This document shows, piece by piece, positions 1 to 11,853 of a stretch of 64,000 nucleotides of DNA. The translations under genes and the position numbers were made by a program. Location of the stretch: positions 8,122,001-8,186,000 of the forward strand of contig NC_086119.1 in NCBI RefSeq assembly GCF_963921235.1. Direction: 5' to 3'. How positions within the stretch are numbered: the stretch's first letter is position 1; each line of letters begins with the position of its first letter. Under the pieces are notes generated by a model. That model did no database searches. It was given only the letters and a program-made list of their open reading frames with translations, and was not told the origin of the DNA. The DNA is from Mobula hypostoma. Lineage: Eukaryota.

Positions 1-1640
1 ATTTGATAGGTTTCAGTGAGACCTCTCCCCCCGCATTCTTCTGATTTCCTGTGAGTACAGGCCCAGAGTCATCAAATACTCCTCAAACAATAAGCCTTTC
101 AATCCCAGAATAATTTTCGTGAACCTCCTTTGAACACTCTCCAATCTCACTACATTCTTACTTAGATAAGGGGCCCAAAACTGCTCACAATACTCCAAGT
201 GAGGCCTCACCAGTCCTTATACAGCTTCAACATTACATCCTAGTCCTCTCAAATTGAATGCTAACATTGCATTTGCCTTCCTCGCCACCAACTCAACCTA
301 CAAATTAACCTTTAGGGAATCCTGCACAAGGACCTCAGATTTTCGTAATTTCTTTCCATTCAGAAAACAGTCTATGCTTTTACTTCTTCTACCAAAGTGC
401 ATGAACATACACTTCCTGACACTCTATTCTATCTGCCATTTCCTTGCTCAAAGCCATCATTTTCCTTCATCCAAATCATTGACATATAATGTAAAAAGAA
501 TCAGTCCTAACACAGACCCTTGTGGAACACCACTGGTCACCAGCAGCCAACCAGAAAAGGTTCCCTTTATTCTCACTCTTTGTGTCCTGCCAATTAGCCA
601 ATGCTCTATCCATGCCAGAATCTTTCCTGTTAACTTAAGCACCCTCATGAGCAGCACCTTATCAAAGGCCTTCTGAAAGTCATAGTACACAACATGAGCC
701 AATTCTCTTTTGTCTATCCTGCTTGTTATTTCCTCAAAGAATTCCAGCAGATTTGTTAGGCAAGATTTTCCCTTAAGGAATTCATGCTGACTTCGGCCTA
801 TTTTATCATGTGTCTCCAAGTACCCCAAAACCACATACTTAACAATCAACTCCAACATTTTCCCAACCACTGAGTTCAGACTAACTGCCTATAATTTCTT
901 GTCATTAGCCTGCCTCCTTTCTAATAGAATGGCATCTGTAATTTTCCAGTCCTCTGGAACCATGCCAGAATCCATTGATTCTTGAAAGATCATTATGAAT
1001 GCCTCCGCCATCTCTTCAATCATCTCCTTTAGAGCTCAGGGGTGAAGACCATCTAGTCCAGGTGACTTATCAACCTTCAGACCTTCTCCCTAGTAATGGC
1101 AACTTCATTCTCTTCTGCCCCCTGACACTTTGAATTTCCAGCATACTGCTAGTGTCTTCCGCAGTGAAGACTGATGCAATATAATTATTCAGTTCATCCT
1201 CCATTTCCTTGTCCCCCATTGCTACCTCTCCAGCATAATTTTCCCGAGGTACAATATCTACTCTCACCTCTCTCTTACACTGTATATATCTGAAGATATA
1301 TATACCTTAAGCTCTCAGTTCATTGCACAACACCCAGTCCAGAATAGCTGATCCCTGAATGGGCTCTACCACGAGCTGCTCTAAAAAGCCATTCGTACGC
1401 ATTCTATAAACTCCCCCTTCACAGCACACAGTCCTTCACTGGTATACTGCATGTGCAGCAATCCAGAGATTACAACCCTGAGGTCCTGCTTCTCAGCTTT
1501 GACCTAGTTCCCTAAAATCTCTCTTCACGACCTCCTCACCTTTCCTACCTACTGAGTCTTCTGGCTGCTCACCCTTCCCCTGACCCTGGTACCTGGGAGG
1601 CAACATACCATCCGGGTGTCTCCATTGCACCCACAGAATC
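1..1640 (-). mobile_element. Decayed CR1-type LINE (ORF1 esterase remnant plus ORF2 RT fragments) in SMG8 intron 1
   Basis: ORF fragments QHEFLKGKSCLTNLLEFFE, YDFQKAFDKV, SGVPQGSVLG, RPHLEYCEQFWAPY and an ORF1-type RMVCCLPGTRV; many stops and frameshifts. Confidence 0.9.
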
Positions 1641-2403
1641 TAGACTCTATTCCTTTGACTATTAGATATATAATTAACCTAAAATACAGTGCAGTCCGAA
1701 GACAAAAATGGATCTGCTTGGGTTTATCCTTCCTGAAGAATCTCAGTGAACCTAATAGACATTCAGGATGAACCAACAGCTCTTACTTCTGAAACGGGCC
1801 CACAAAGTAACACAGTCATTGAATCAATACTCCCACTCAATTCAAGACAAAATCAATACTAACGGAGGATTAGAAAAGCTACTCTATAAACTGTTATATG
1901 AAAACAATGCTTAACACACATTTTCCTCTTTGGCTTATTCTATTTTAATAATTTATTACCTTTATTAAATAAAGCACAACATAGATTGTGCCGATGCACA
2001 ATACACTTTCGAATTGTGTGGAATCAATCCCACCATTATGGCTAATTGGAAGTCATGCAGACAATCTAACCTAGATTGCCTACAATAATTGCTACTCTGT
2101 TGCAATTATAGCGCAGCTCCGCTTTATAAGGAACAGGCACATCAGGCACCATCTCCCAGAGGCTGCTGACGATGCACTGAGGGAGCAGGAAGCAGACAGA
2201 TAACCAGATTCTGTGATCAAAAATGTATCTAATTTATGAATGGCCAGGCATGAGAAGGGAACACACATCATCAGCGATGTTCCAGTGAGTGGTGGGAGAA
2301 GGGAAGAAAACTCTCAGCCAAAATCTTCAAGATACCTGCAAGAACCTTACAAGCTTAAGATTATTTTCCCTTGTCTTTCTCCTGACAATATCTACTGTTA
2401 AGG

Positions 2404-2700
2404 CTGGCACCATAGTGTAGCAGTTAGCATAACAGTTTATAACACCAGGTGCAAGATCGGGGTTCAATTCCCACCACTGTCTGTAAGGAACTTGCACAAA
2501 TTCCCCATGACTGTGTGCTTCGGTTTTCTGTCACATTTCTAAAAACGCAAGGGTTAGGGTTATTAAGCGATGTGCATGACATATTGACGCCAAAAGCACA
2601 GTAACACTTGTGGGCTGCCCCAGCACATCTTGGACAGTGTTGGGCATTGACGCAAACAATGCATTTCACTGTGTGTCTCAATGGAAAGTGAAACTTAATT
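2404..2700 (+). mobile_element. tRNA-headed SINE; related copies near 26325-26610, 32060-32370(-), 37120-37320, 39265-39540, 50380-50620(-)
   Basis: Pol III-like head (tagtgtagcagttag...gggttcaattccc) followed by a shared body (ctgtctgtaagga...) that recurs across the window. Confidence 0.65.
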
Positions 2701-3183
2701 TTTAATTGACAATGCTCCTTCCCCTCTGCCATCAGATTTCTGAATGGACATTGAACCTATGAACACTACTCCGCTACATTTTTCTCCCGCTTTTTGCAAT
2801 ATTTAATTTACATACGTTTATTCTTCTACCTTAGTCGTAGTTTAAAGTTCAAAATTATTGGACTACTTTAATTTCAAAATTAGAGGAAAACAGTATCATT
2901 TCTGAGAAATTACATAAGTAAAGAACTTATTAGTCTAAATCTGAATGTAAAACATAGGCTCTTTTCCTTTTCATTGTGATGGAGACAACATGATTTTTCT
3001 CATGAACTTTCAATAATTTGTACAATTACTGGTACATCATATATTCTCATGATTATAAATATTACTTGTCATATCAGGATGGGGCTTCTGCATTTATGTG
3101 TGATTAACTTCTCTCTCAAGGCTTTTCCCTCCCGTTTCCCCCCCCCCCTTCAACTCCAATAACTCAACCCAAACCAAGCTCAC

Positions 3184-4696
3184 CTGGTTTAGGCAGCAGA
3201 TGGAACTTATGAACACAGTGTTGATCTGTTAAGCTTCTCTCTTCGCATAACTGGTGCCCATTACTCCAGAACTTGTAGCAATCTTCATGCAGCTGCATGG
3301 CATACTTCTGGAAGGCTGGCCCACGAGCATGCTGACTGTAAACACGTAGGGCCTGTGCCAGCTGGTTCTTGTGGACAGTCGTTGTGTAATGGTGAGGCAG
3401 GTTAGACTGGTAGGCACTGTGAGCCAGAGGCAGAGCCTTTTGGCAGCGGTTCTCAGAAAACTTATTATCTGCATCCAAAAATCCTTCAAGGCCTCTCAGC
3501 TGTACCTGTATCTTGGAGGAAAGGTCTCCAGAGAGAAATCCCAGCTCATCATCCCTCCAGTTTATCATTACATCATAGAGCTTGGAGGCCACAGCCAGCC
3601 AGTTTTTGTAGGCAGGAAGCTCAAAATGTGACGGTTGTGGATTCCTTCCAACACTATCCTCAAAACCCTTTTTAGTTAGTACCAGCTCCACATGTTGCCA
3701 CAGAAACTCCTTCAGCGTGCAATCCACCAGCTGCCCACTAGAGCTGTTGAGGTTGCTTTCCAGAATGAAGGACGGCTGCCGGACATGCCTCATCATCTGA
3801 TAGCGCCGTGAACCAGAAACCGGCAGAGATTCATGTTCCCTCATGGCGCAGTTCCCTTTCAGCTGCCCGATCAGCATGCTGATGGGATCGTCCCCCTGAC
3901 CTGCCACCACGTAAACAAACGCTTGGTTGGCAGGAACAGTGAACAGACAGTTAATGCTCTGGTTGGTCAGCACTCTGCTCTTTCTGAAAATCCTGTAAAT
4001 CTGATCTTCCAAGGCATGCTGGAGTCTCCTTTTGGGAGAGTGTTTTTTGGGTTTATCCAGATTGGAAGGGTCTAGACACTTGGGCTCGACCTTCAAGGCT
4101 CCATTCAGCTGAAAAATAAAGAGCAGCCTCGGAGGGCAGGGTCTACAATTCAATCGCCATTCCTTCCCTACTGGACAATCTTTAATTGTGCTCTTTAGAT
4201 AAGGAAGAACCTTTTGCCGAAGGTTGTCCAGGGCTCGGAAGAGACGGTCGTAAGTGATGTCGAAGGAACAAGTGGGGTGGACCAGGAGGAGGATGTGCGA
4301 GACGGAGAAGAGGTAGAGGAGGTGGATGCAATGGAGTTTCTCTTCTCCTTTCCAAAACTCGTGAGCCTCGGCGTGGGAGATGTCGTCCGCCAAGGCCCTA
4401 CAGGCCTGCAGCAGCTGGTGGTTGTCGCAGACGGCGGTGAGTATCAGGTAGAGGACCTTACTATCCTGGTTGTAGTAGCACTGCAGTAAGTTATTGCCCT
4501 GGTGATGCTCGTTCATCAAGGACGGAAATAAGGGGAAGACCGGCTTGTCGCACAGGGTGTTGACGATGGCATACTTCTCTGCGCTTAACTCCGACGTCTT
4601 GCCGAAGATGCCCACCACACACATCTCCTCATCCTTCCATGAAATGTCCTCGCCGTCTGAGGCTAACACAGATCTCAGAGACCGGGCCGCTGCCAT
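3184..4696 (-). CDS. SMG8: SMG8 (nonsense-mediated decay factor), large coding exon 1, about 504 codons, phase-1 donor; the remaining exons lie left of the window
   Basis: Translation matches vertebrate SMG8 (CVVGIFGKT, HAEAHEFWK, RPCPPRLLF, KKHSPKRRLQHALEDQIYRIFRKSR, CEERSLTDQHCVHKFH). ATG at 4696 (MAAARSL), in-frame upstream ATG at 4720. Donor CCAG|gtgagc at 3184/3183. Confidence 0.97.
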
Positions 4697-5719
4697 CTCA
4701 CTTGCCGTTCCACCCTCCATCCTTTCCGGCGGAAAAACCGTCGTACTCACAATCGTTCCGTGGAGTGGGTCCCGCAGCTTATCTCCTCCGACCGGAAACA
4801 AAATAAATAAAGGCTTGTATTAATTCATCCACCTTCCTCTCCACCTCAGAAACTGGTAAATGCAAATTTCAGACCCCACTTCCCTCCTCACGCTCCAATC
4901 CCACCATTTTCCCGGTAATAATCGTGGTTCTAGGTGTCTCACGGTTTAGCACCACACCACAAAATGCTTTCACCAACTGAAGCATGTTTAATGTAAAAAG
5001 CTATCAAGAGACGGACCTGCTAATATCAATCATTAGGCGTGAAAATTACTCATAATACTGAGTTTAAAACGTCACCGGCCCTACTCTCAGCATTTCTCCA
5101 ATGCTAAAAGCTGTGTCAACAGGCAAGTGTCAAGACAAGATTTCCATGTGCACCTGAAGAGAATGCTGTATCTTAATCTAAGTCGTGAAATTATCATCGA
5201 ACGTGATATTTGCTTAGTACCTTTAACGGCAATCCATGTTAATTGGTAAACTTCAACCATCCGTCTGTCTGAATTTTATGAATACTATGGATTTTGCTCT
5301 TACTAATTTTCGATAGAGAGAAACAATGTACTGATCATCGCTTTTTAAAAAATTTTCGCCAGCAATCTCAAAACATCTGCACGTCAGAAACAATAGCTTC
5401 TATTTTTAACCAACACTCTTCACGATTTTAAACACTTGTTATATTTTTTATTTCATAAAAAAGGACACCAATCTCACTGGCAGCTTACAGTTAACAAACC
5501 TTCTCATGGCATCTTTTAACCTCTGTCTGTCTTGAACTATATTCCTAAAGGAAAAACACTCACAGAAATTAATTTTTCAACAATACCCTGGTCGAAATAC
5601 AGATTAAGTTTTAACAAGTGAAAATCTGCAAATTACAAATGTAAAATGAGTTTGTGCCACTTTAAGAATCGAAAAAAATGACCAATTGTCCTCTGCTTCT
5701 GCATTTTATGTTATAAAGG

Positions 5720-5948
5720 TGTGGTAAACCATGTATATATGTTGTAACTCGGTTACCTGTCTGGACACACCCCTCTGCTGACTGCCCCTGTGGCTCCTCC
5801 CACAGAATCCTGTATAAAGGTGTTCGCCTTGCCCCTCCCCCTCAGTCCGGGGGCAGACACTCACTGTGGAGGTCGTATTGTACAGCGAATAAAAACCTTT
5901 CAGTATTTTACCAAACCTCAGTCTTTTGGAGTAATTGAAGGTGCTTCA
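5720..5948 (+). mobile_element. Solo LTR (229 bp, probably Gypsy) inserted in the end of the outer LTR
   Basis: TG...CA ends, internal tataaa and aataaa, 4-bp TSD aagg (5716-5719, 5949-5952). Confidence 0.8.
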
Positions 5949-6522
5949 AAGGGGGAGGATGGGAGCAGACCCAAAAGCAAGACCCAGACACTGAAGTACT
6001 AGGAACAGGACTAGGTATGTCAGGAAAGAAAGGGAAGAAACAATACTGGACAAGACACAGGCCCTGGACAAGACTAAGATTCAGGGCCTGGGCTAGGACT
6101 ATACTAGAAAAGTGGGACCTGGACGAGGAACAAGAAATTTGGAACCTGGAACCGGACAAGGACTCTGAGCCAGAGACTGGACAGGGACCTGGAACCTAGG
6201 TCTTGACCCGGGCTCGGACCCCGGATCTAGGCGAGAACAAGACATGGCTACAGGACTGGATATGGCCACAGGACTGGACGTGGAACTCCTGAACAGGACA
6301 AGAAAACAAAGCCGTGGCTTGGACTAGACGAGGTACTCCTGGGCTGGGCGAGGCACAAGGACAGGACAAGACCCTAAAGCCTTGACTTGGTCTTAGGACA
6401 CAGGAACACAGACCACAGAGCCTTGGTCTTGGGAGACAGGAACGCAGAACACAGAGCCGGGACCCCTCCTTGGGAACAGGACGTAGGGCCAGGACTCATA
6501 CACAGAATGCTGAACACAACAA

Positions 6523-6660
6523 GACGGTTCCCAACACAAGATAGTGGCAAACAGCTGGACCTACCTAGTGAAGGTGTGGACACAGAGACGGTTCCCAACA
6601 CAAGGTAGTGGCAAACAGCCGGACCTACCTAGTGAAGGTGTGGACACATAGACAGTTCCA
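6523..6660. repeat. About 64-bp tandem repeat (2+ units) inside the outer LTR
   Basis: gacggttcccaacacaag.tagtggcaaacagc.ggacctacctagtgaaggtgtggacac repeated. Confidence 0.85.
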
Positions 6661-8817
6661 AATAATGAAATACAGTTCCTTATCTAGGCACAGCAAGGCT
6701 CCAGCCTTGCTCCAGCGGTAGAACTTGACAGCGATACTGGTGAGGACACAGGCAAGGCTTCAGGAGGAAGGGAACAGTCCAGCAAATGAAGCTCCTCCTT
6801 CTTTTTTGTTTTATGGCGGTTGGCAACCAGTTTTTCAGTGCATTACCGCCACCTGCTAGACATGGTATTCCAACCAAATATGTCCTGGAGTTCTCTACTT
6901 TACAATCTAGTTCAGCCTGCAGTTCTCTATTAGCATCACTCTGTAGTTGCAATTCCTCGTGAATGCTTAATGTGCTCATTAGATGATGCTGCAAACTGCT
7001 ATTCTTCCCTAATTTTGTCACGTTTTCATGTAGTTGCATTACCTCAATTACATTGATTTCATCTACATCACTTGTAAGACTAAAATTGTCTTGTTAAAGA
7101 ATAGTAATTATCGCACGTTATACTTTTAAAATTGCTGTTTTTCCAAGTCTATCTGCTTTTTCAGGTTTTCCTTTTCTTGGATCGCAGCCTGCAGTTGTTT
7201 ACTGAGACCTCGGAGTTCTTCTTCATTTGCTTCCATGTTTTCATTTTATAATCTGAATATAGATAATTCACTTTGCAACAAATTCCTTTTCCTTTTGTAT
7301 CCTTGTAATAATTTCCTCCATTTTCCAATCTCTTTTCCAACTCACAGTTGTTCTTGTCAAGTACTTCTATTTGTTGTTGGAGTTCTGCACATTTACCCTG
7401 GGCTTCAACCATAAAATCTGAGGATTTTCCTTAAGTTCTGAAACGTATTTCTTAAATTCTTGACCATTTGTGATAAATATACTGCCGTTAAGATTCCATC
7501 TCCCCTGCCTGTGAACTGTTGGATCCTCCATTCAGCATTTCTTTGACTTCTTCCCACCTAATCCCTTTAATACCAAGATACTTTTCTGCAGACTTGACTA
7601 TAATTTTAATTTTCTCAGTTCTTTTGCTTGTTTGTGCTGAACAATTTATTGCATCCACCATAAAAAGTACGAAATCCTTTCTTCTCATTAATAGTGTATC
7701 CTTATTTTTCATATTACAGCCCTCACAATTCACCAGTTTATTATTCCCTGTATTTGTTTGCTTGACAGTCTTTTTTTCAGTGAATTCTTTCACTGCCTCT
7801 GCATAACTGATTCCTTGAGTTACTTTTACATATCGTATCTCAGCCGCCTTCTTGCTATAAATGCACCCTCGATAAGCTGCACTGTGTTCCTCGCCACAAT
7901 TGCAGCATTTCAGCCTAGCTCCTGCTTCACATTTCCCATATTCATGTTTTCCAGCGCATCTCCCACATCTTTGTTTTCCTCTGCACACTGCCGCAATGTG
8001 CCCAAATTTCTGACATTTATAGCATCTTAAAGGAGGTGGTATATATATTCTAACCGCATAACACATACACCCTAAGTAAACATTACTCAGCAATCTCTCT
8101 TCATCAAAGTTAATCATTACCAATAAACTATCACACTTTTTTCCATTTCTTGTAACTTTCAAACGTTTGGCCTCAATAATTTTTGCCCTTTCATGTTCTG
8201 TTTAATCTCATCCACAGTAACTTTTCCCCGAAGTAACTCCTCTAGTCCAGCAGTCCCCAACCACCGGGCCGCAAAGCATGCGCTACCGGGCCGTGAGGAA
8301 ACTATATGATTTGGCGATATGAGTCAGCTGCACCTTTCCTCATTCCCTGTCACGCCCACTGTTGAGCCATTACGCATGCGAGGTCATTACCCGCGCGTCA
8401 TCCATGTCAGCGCGGGAAGAAGATCAACTCCTCGAGCTTGCAAATGACGGCGGGCTGAAAAGTATGTTTGCCATAACATCTCTGCTGGCATTCTGGATCA
8501 AAGTCAAGGTTAAATATCCTGAGATAGCCACGAAAACACTGAAAACGTTGCTTCCATTTCCAACATATCTCTGCAATGAATGGAATGAAAACAAAATTGC
8601 GGAATAGACTGGACATAAGGAACCCTGTTCAAGTATCGCTGTCTCTCATCACCCCTCGATAGGACTGTCTTGTTGCAGAAAAACAAGCCCAGGGCTCCCA
8701 CTGATTCAGCGATATTGGTGAGTTACAATGATTTTATATGTTCATATGGGGAAAATATGTGCTGTGTGTTTAATATCCAAACGTTACTTAAAATGTTATG
8801 ATGCTATTGACTTACTT

Positions 8818-9020
8818 ATATAACCATATAACAATTACAGCACGGAAACAGGCCATCTCTGTCCTTCTAGTCCGTGCTGAACGCTACTCTCACCTAGTCC
8901 AACCGACCTGCACTCAGCTCATAACCCTCCATTCCTTTTCTGTCCATATACCTATCCAATTTTTCTTTAAATGATAATATCGAACCTGCTTCTACCACTT
9001 CTACTGGAAGTTCGTTCAAC
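8818..9020 (-). mobile_element. 5'-truncated CR1 3' end inserted in the Charlie element
   Basis: CR1-type 3' tail (ggcctgtttccgtgctgtaa); TSD acttactt at 8810-8817 and 9021-9028. Confidence 0.7.
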
Positions 9021-9231
9021 ACTTACTTCAAGCTCTCCTGTCCTCCCTGATAATTGACTTATCGCTATATTCATGCGAAGAAAATATGTGCTGTGTGTTT
9101 AATATTAAATTCGTTAGATAAACCCTTTCAGAAACGAAATTGAGTGTATTAGCCACTTATCACCTATATTCCGGTCGTGATTAACATCCCCCACTCAACA
9201 GAATCGCCAGAAACGATTTGTAGAAAACATC

Positions 9232-9395
9232 CATCAAAGTTGCTGGTGAACGTTCGTTAGTCCTGACGAAGGGTCTTGGCCTGAAACGTTGACTGTACCT
9301 CTTCCTAGAGATGCTGCCTGGCCTGCTGCGTTCACCAGCAACTTTGACGTGTGTTGCTTGAATTTCCAGCATCTGCAGAATTCCTGTTGTTTGCA
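9232..9395 (+). mobile_element. Short Penelope-derived element with minimal hammerhead ribozyme (9259-9294)
   Basis: agtc-CTGACGA-agggtcttggcct-GAAAC-GTT-gact; 13-bp TSD tgtagaaaacatc (9219-9231, 9396-9408); 9232-9252 is an inverted copy of 9329-9349. Confidence 0.75.
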
Positions 9396-11099
9396 TGTAG
9401 AAAACATCGGCACGTACACGCATACGCAAAGCACGCATGCGCACTGGTACACACGCAAGGCTTCATGGTCATTGTAGTCTCTCTGTGTAAACAACGTATT
9501 TCGCTCTGCTCTTGTCCATTGGCAACCCTACCTCCCCCTTCCCCCAGGTCGGACGGTCCGCAAGAATATTGTCAATATGAAACCGGTTCGCAGTGCAAAG
9601 AAGGTTGGGGACCCCTGCTCTAGTCCACTTTCTATTGTTGGGTATTGAGCATTGTACTTCTTTGCCGTCTATTTTACTTAATCTTATCACTTTGCCTTGT
9701 TGAGCACTATCCCGACAAATCACTAACAGCGATCTATTTCGTAAAATCTTTGCTCTTTTAATCTGGCCTATAATTTTGTCGAGCATCTTCGTCAAACGAA
9801 TCAGGTTCCAATCACCAAACGACGCCCCGTCTTCACTTAGTTTTATAATTGCCTCAGTCTCATCTTCTTTCCATTGCTTCGCTGTCCTGTTTTGATCATC
9901 CACTGACTCCTCTGAGTTTGATATCCCGTACCTCTGCTTTCTTTTCTTCCTCTTTCCACTCCGTTCCCCCTTCCCGCCGACCTCCATCTCTAGTTCACTT
10001 CCACTCTCACCAAAAGCTTCCTTCAACAGCATTGGCTCTTTCCTTGATGTTCTCTCTCTCCGCCATTTTCCAGTGAGCTCCACAATCAGCTTCCGCTCTC
10101 CTACTCACAAGATCCAACACTTGAACATTGCAGTTCAGCCGCCGCCAGCAAATGAAGCTGAACCCAGGAGCTATTTATGTAGCCAGCCCAAAATGAGAAT
10201 CATGTGCTTCAATTAAGGCACACATCAGGACAAGGGAAAACCAGAAAACGTGGAATACAGATCGATGGACCGGGCCGTGAACTGGAATGTGGACTTCACG
10301 GACCGGACCATGACATTTTAGCGTTGAAATAGCCCATAGGTATCTCTGTAGGGGAAAACATACAATGCAAGTACAGTGCAAGATCTTTTTATCAATAAAT
10401 TACCTCTGTTTGTCAGCTTAAATTATTGAGTGGGTGAAAGATGCCAACTGTACAAATTGCAAACTTCAAAACTACTAAAATTAATCACAGGTTACATCAC
10501 CACAGCATGTTTTTTTAAATCATTCCACAATGATAGTGTAACATCCAAATGTTGCTTATTGAGAGATAAAGGAATAAAATTGATTTTATTTTCATACTGG
10601 AATTTAAGTATTCAGGTTAGAAATTTCTAGGCAATTGCTAAAATAACTTGCCCACCTTACAAACTGGCAACAGTAGCTTTATTCTCGTTAAACTCCTTAT
10701 TGATGTGCAAGTAATTCAATTCAAAATTTATCCTTATTCACTTATAAGTCATTCTTGTTTACTTGTTTCAGACCTGAATAAATCTTCCATCAGCCTTCAA
10801 TATTATAAATAAAAATATCTACAGCTTAACCTTTCTTTATAACTAAAATTTTCCTGGCAACGTCATCATATTTTGTCCTCCCTCTCCAAGGACATCAGTA
10901 TCCTTACTGGAGTGGGGGGATCAGTAATGTACACTGACTATCTTGTCTTTCATCATGTGTTGGTTGCCTTGGGGATTCTCAAATTCCTCTTCTGCCAACC
11001 TTGCTCTGACACCTGATGAGCTTTTATTTTTTGACAGGTAATTGCTTCTACTTTGGATTATCCCTTTAAAATTTCAAATTAGGCTTTGCAAATTTCAAT

Positions 11100-11853
11100 T
11101 TAGTCTGGAGTATATGAGTTATATTAGAAAATATTAAAGAGGTTGTATTGGCACGTGGCCAAGTGGTTAAGGCATTCGTCTAGTGATTTGAAAGTCACTA
11201 GTTCGAGCCTTGGCTGAGGCAGCGTGCGTGTCCTTGAGAAAGGCACTTAATCACACATTTCTCTGCGATGACACTGGTGCCAAGCTGTATGGGTCGTAAT
11301 GCCCTTCCCTTGGACAACATCAGTGATGTGGAGAGGGGAGACTTGTAGCATGGGCAACTGCCGGTCTTCCATACAACCTTGCCCAGGCCTGTGCCCTGGA
11401 AACCTTCCAAGGCGCAAATCCATGGTCTCATGAGACTAACGGATGCCTTAAAAAAAATTAAATAGGTTAGGACTTTATTCCTTGGAACATAAAACACGGT
11501 GGGGATATCTGATAGAGGTATAGAAAATTTTGAGAGGGATTAGACAGGGTAAATGCAAGCAGGCTTTTTCCACGGAGGTTGGGATAGTCTACAACTAGAA
11601 GTCATAGGTTAAGGGTGAAAGTTGAAAAGTTTAAGAGTAACAGCAGGGGAAACTTCTTCACTCAGAGGGTGGTGAGAATGTGGAACAAGCTCGGAGGTTG
11701 ATTTCAACGTTCAAGAGAAGTTTGGATAGGTACGTGGATGGAGGGCAATGGTTCAGGTGCAGGTCGATGGGAGTAGGCAATTTAGATGGTTCAGCATGGA
11801 CTAGAAGGGCCAGATGGCCTGTTTCTGTGCTGTAATTTTTTTATGACTCTATG
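11100..11853 (+). mobile_element. CR1 3' fragment interrupted by a tRNA-derived SINE
   Basis: LGLYSLE-type coding remnant, ggggaaacttcttcactcagagggtggtg, 3' tail ggcctgtttctgtgctgta. Confidence 0.75.
11150..11457 (+). mobile_element. tRNA-derived SINE
   Basis: A box tggccaagtgg, B box gttcgagcc, A-rich tail. Confidence 0.75.

Larger units (their letters stand above)
8248..9617 (+). mobile_element. hAT/Charlie-type DNA transposon, non-autonomous, with transposase C-terminal remnant
   Basis: TIRs cagcagtccccaacc / ggttggggacccctg; 8-bp TSD ctctagtc (8240-8247, 9618-9625); FWIKVKVKYPEIA...LLPFPTYLC hAT dimerisation-domain motif. Confidence 0.9.
7488..10083 (-). pseudogene. Gag-like ORF1 of the Nimb-like element (three zinc knuckles), split by a hAT insertion
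   Basis: PPPLRCYKCQKFGHIAAVC, CGRCAGKH, CCNCGEEHSAAYRGC in 7488-8162; N-terminal half in 9618-10083. Confidence 0.85.
6794..10144 (-). mobile_element. Nimb/I-clade-like non-LTR retroelement, ORF1-only (non-autonomous) form
   Basis: 15-bp TSD ccagcaaatgaagct (6779-6793, 10145-10159); CCHC gag-like ORF1; ORF2 start remnant ITNGQEFKKYVSELKENPQIL; 3' end ggcggtaatgcac...gccaaccgccataaaac with purine-rich tail. Confidence 0.8.
5709..10315 (-). mobile_element. Solo LTR-like element (about 1 kb net), host of the nested insertions
   Basis: Termini tgttat...atgaca (TG...CA); 5-bp TSD tttta at 5704-5708 and 10316-10320. Confidence 0.75.

Noticed and set aside
3164-4801. 545-aa ORF as a complete single-exon gene
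   Set aside because: It starts at a TTG upstream of the real ATG and runs past the splice donor at 3184; it is only SMG8 exon 1
6523-6660. Repeat array as CRISPR-like
   Set aside because: Head-to-tail tandem units with no unique spacers, inside a eukaryotic LTR
11150-11225. Functional tRNA gene
   Set aside because: A and B boxes are present but there is no proper acceptor stem, and it continues into a SINE body with an A tail
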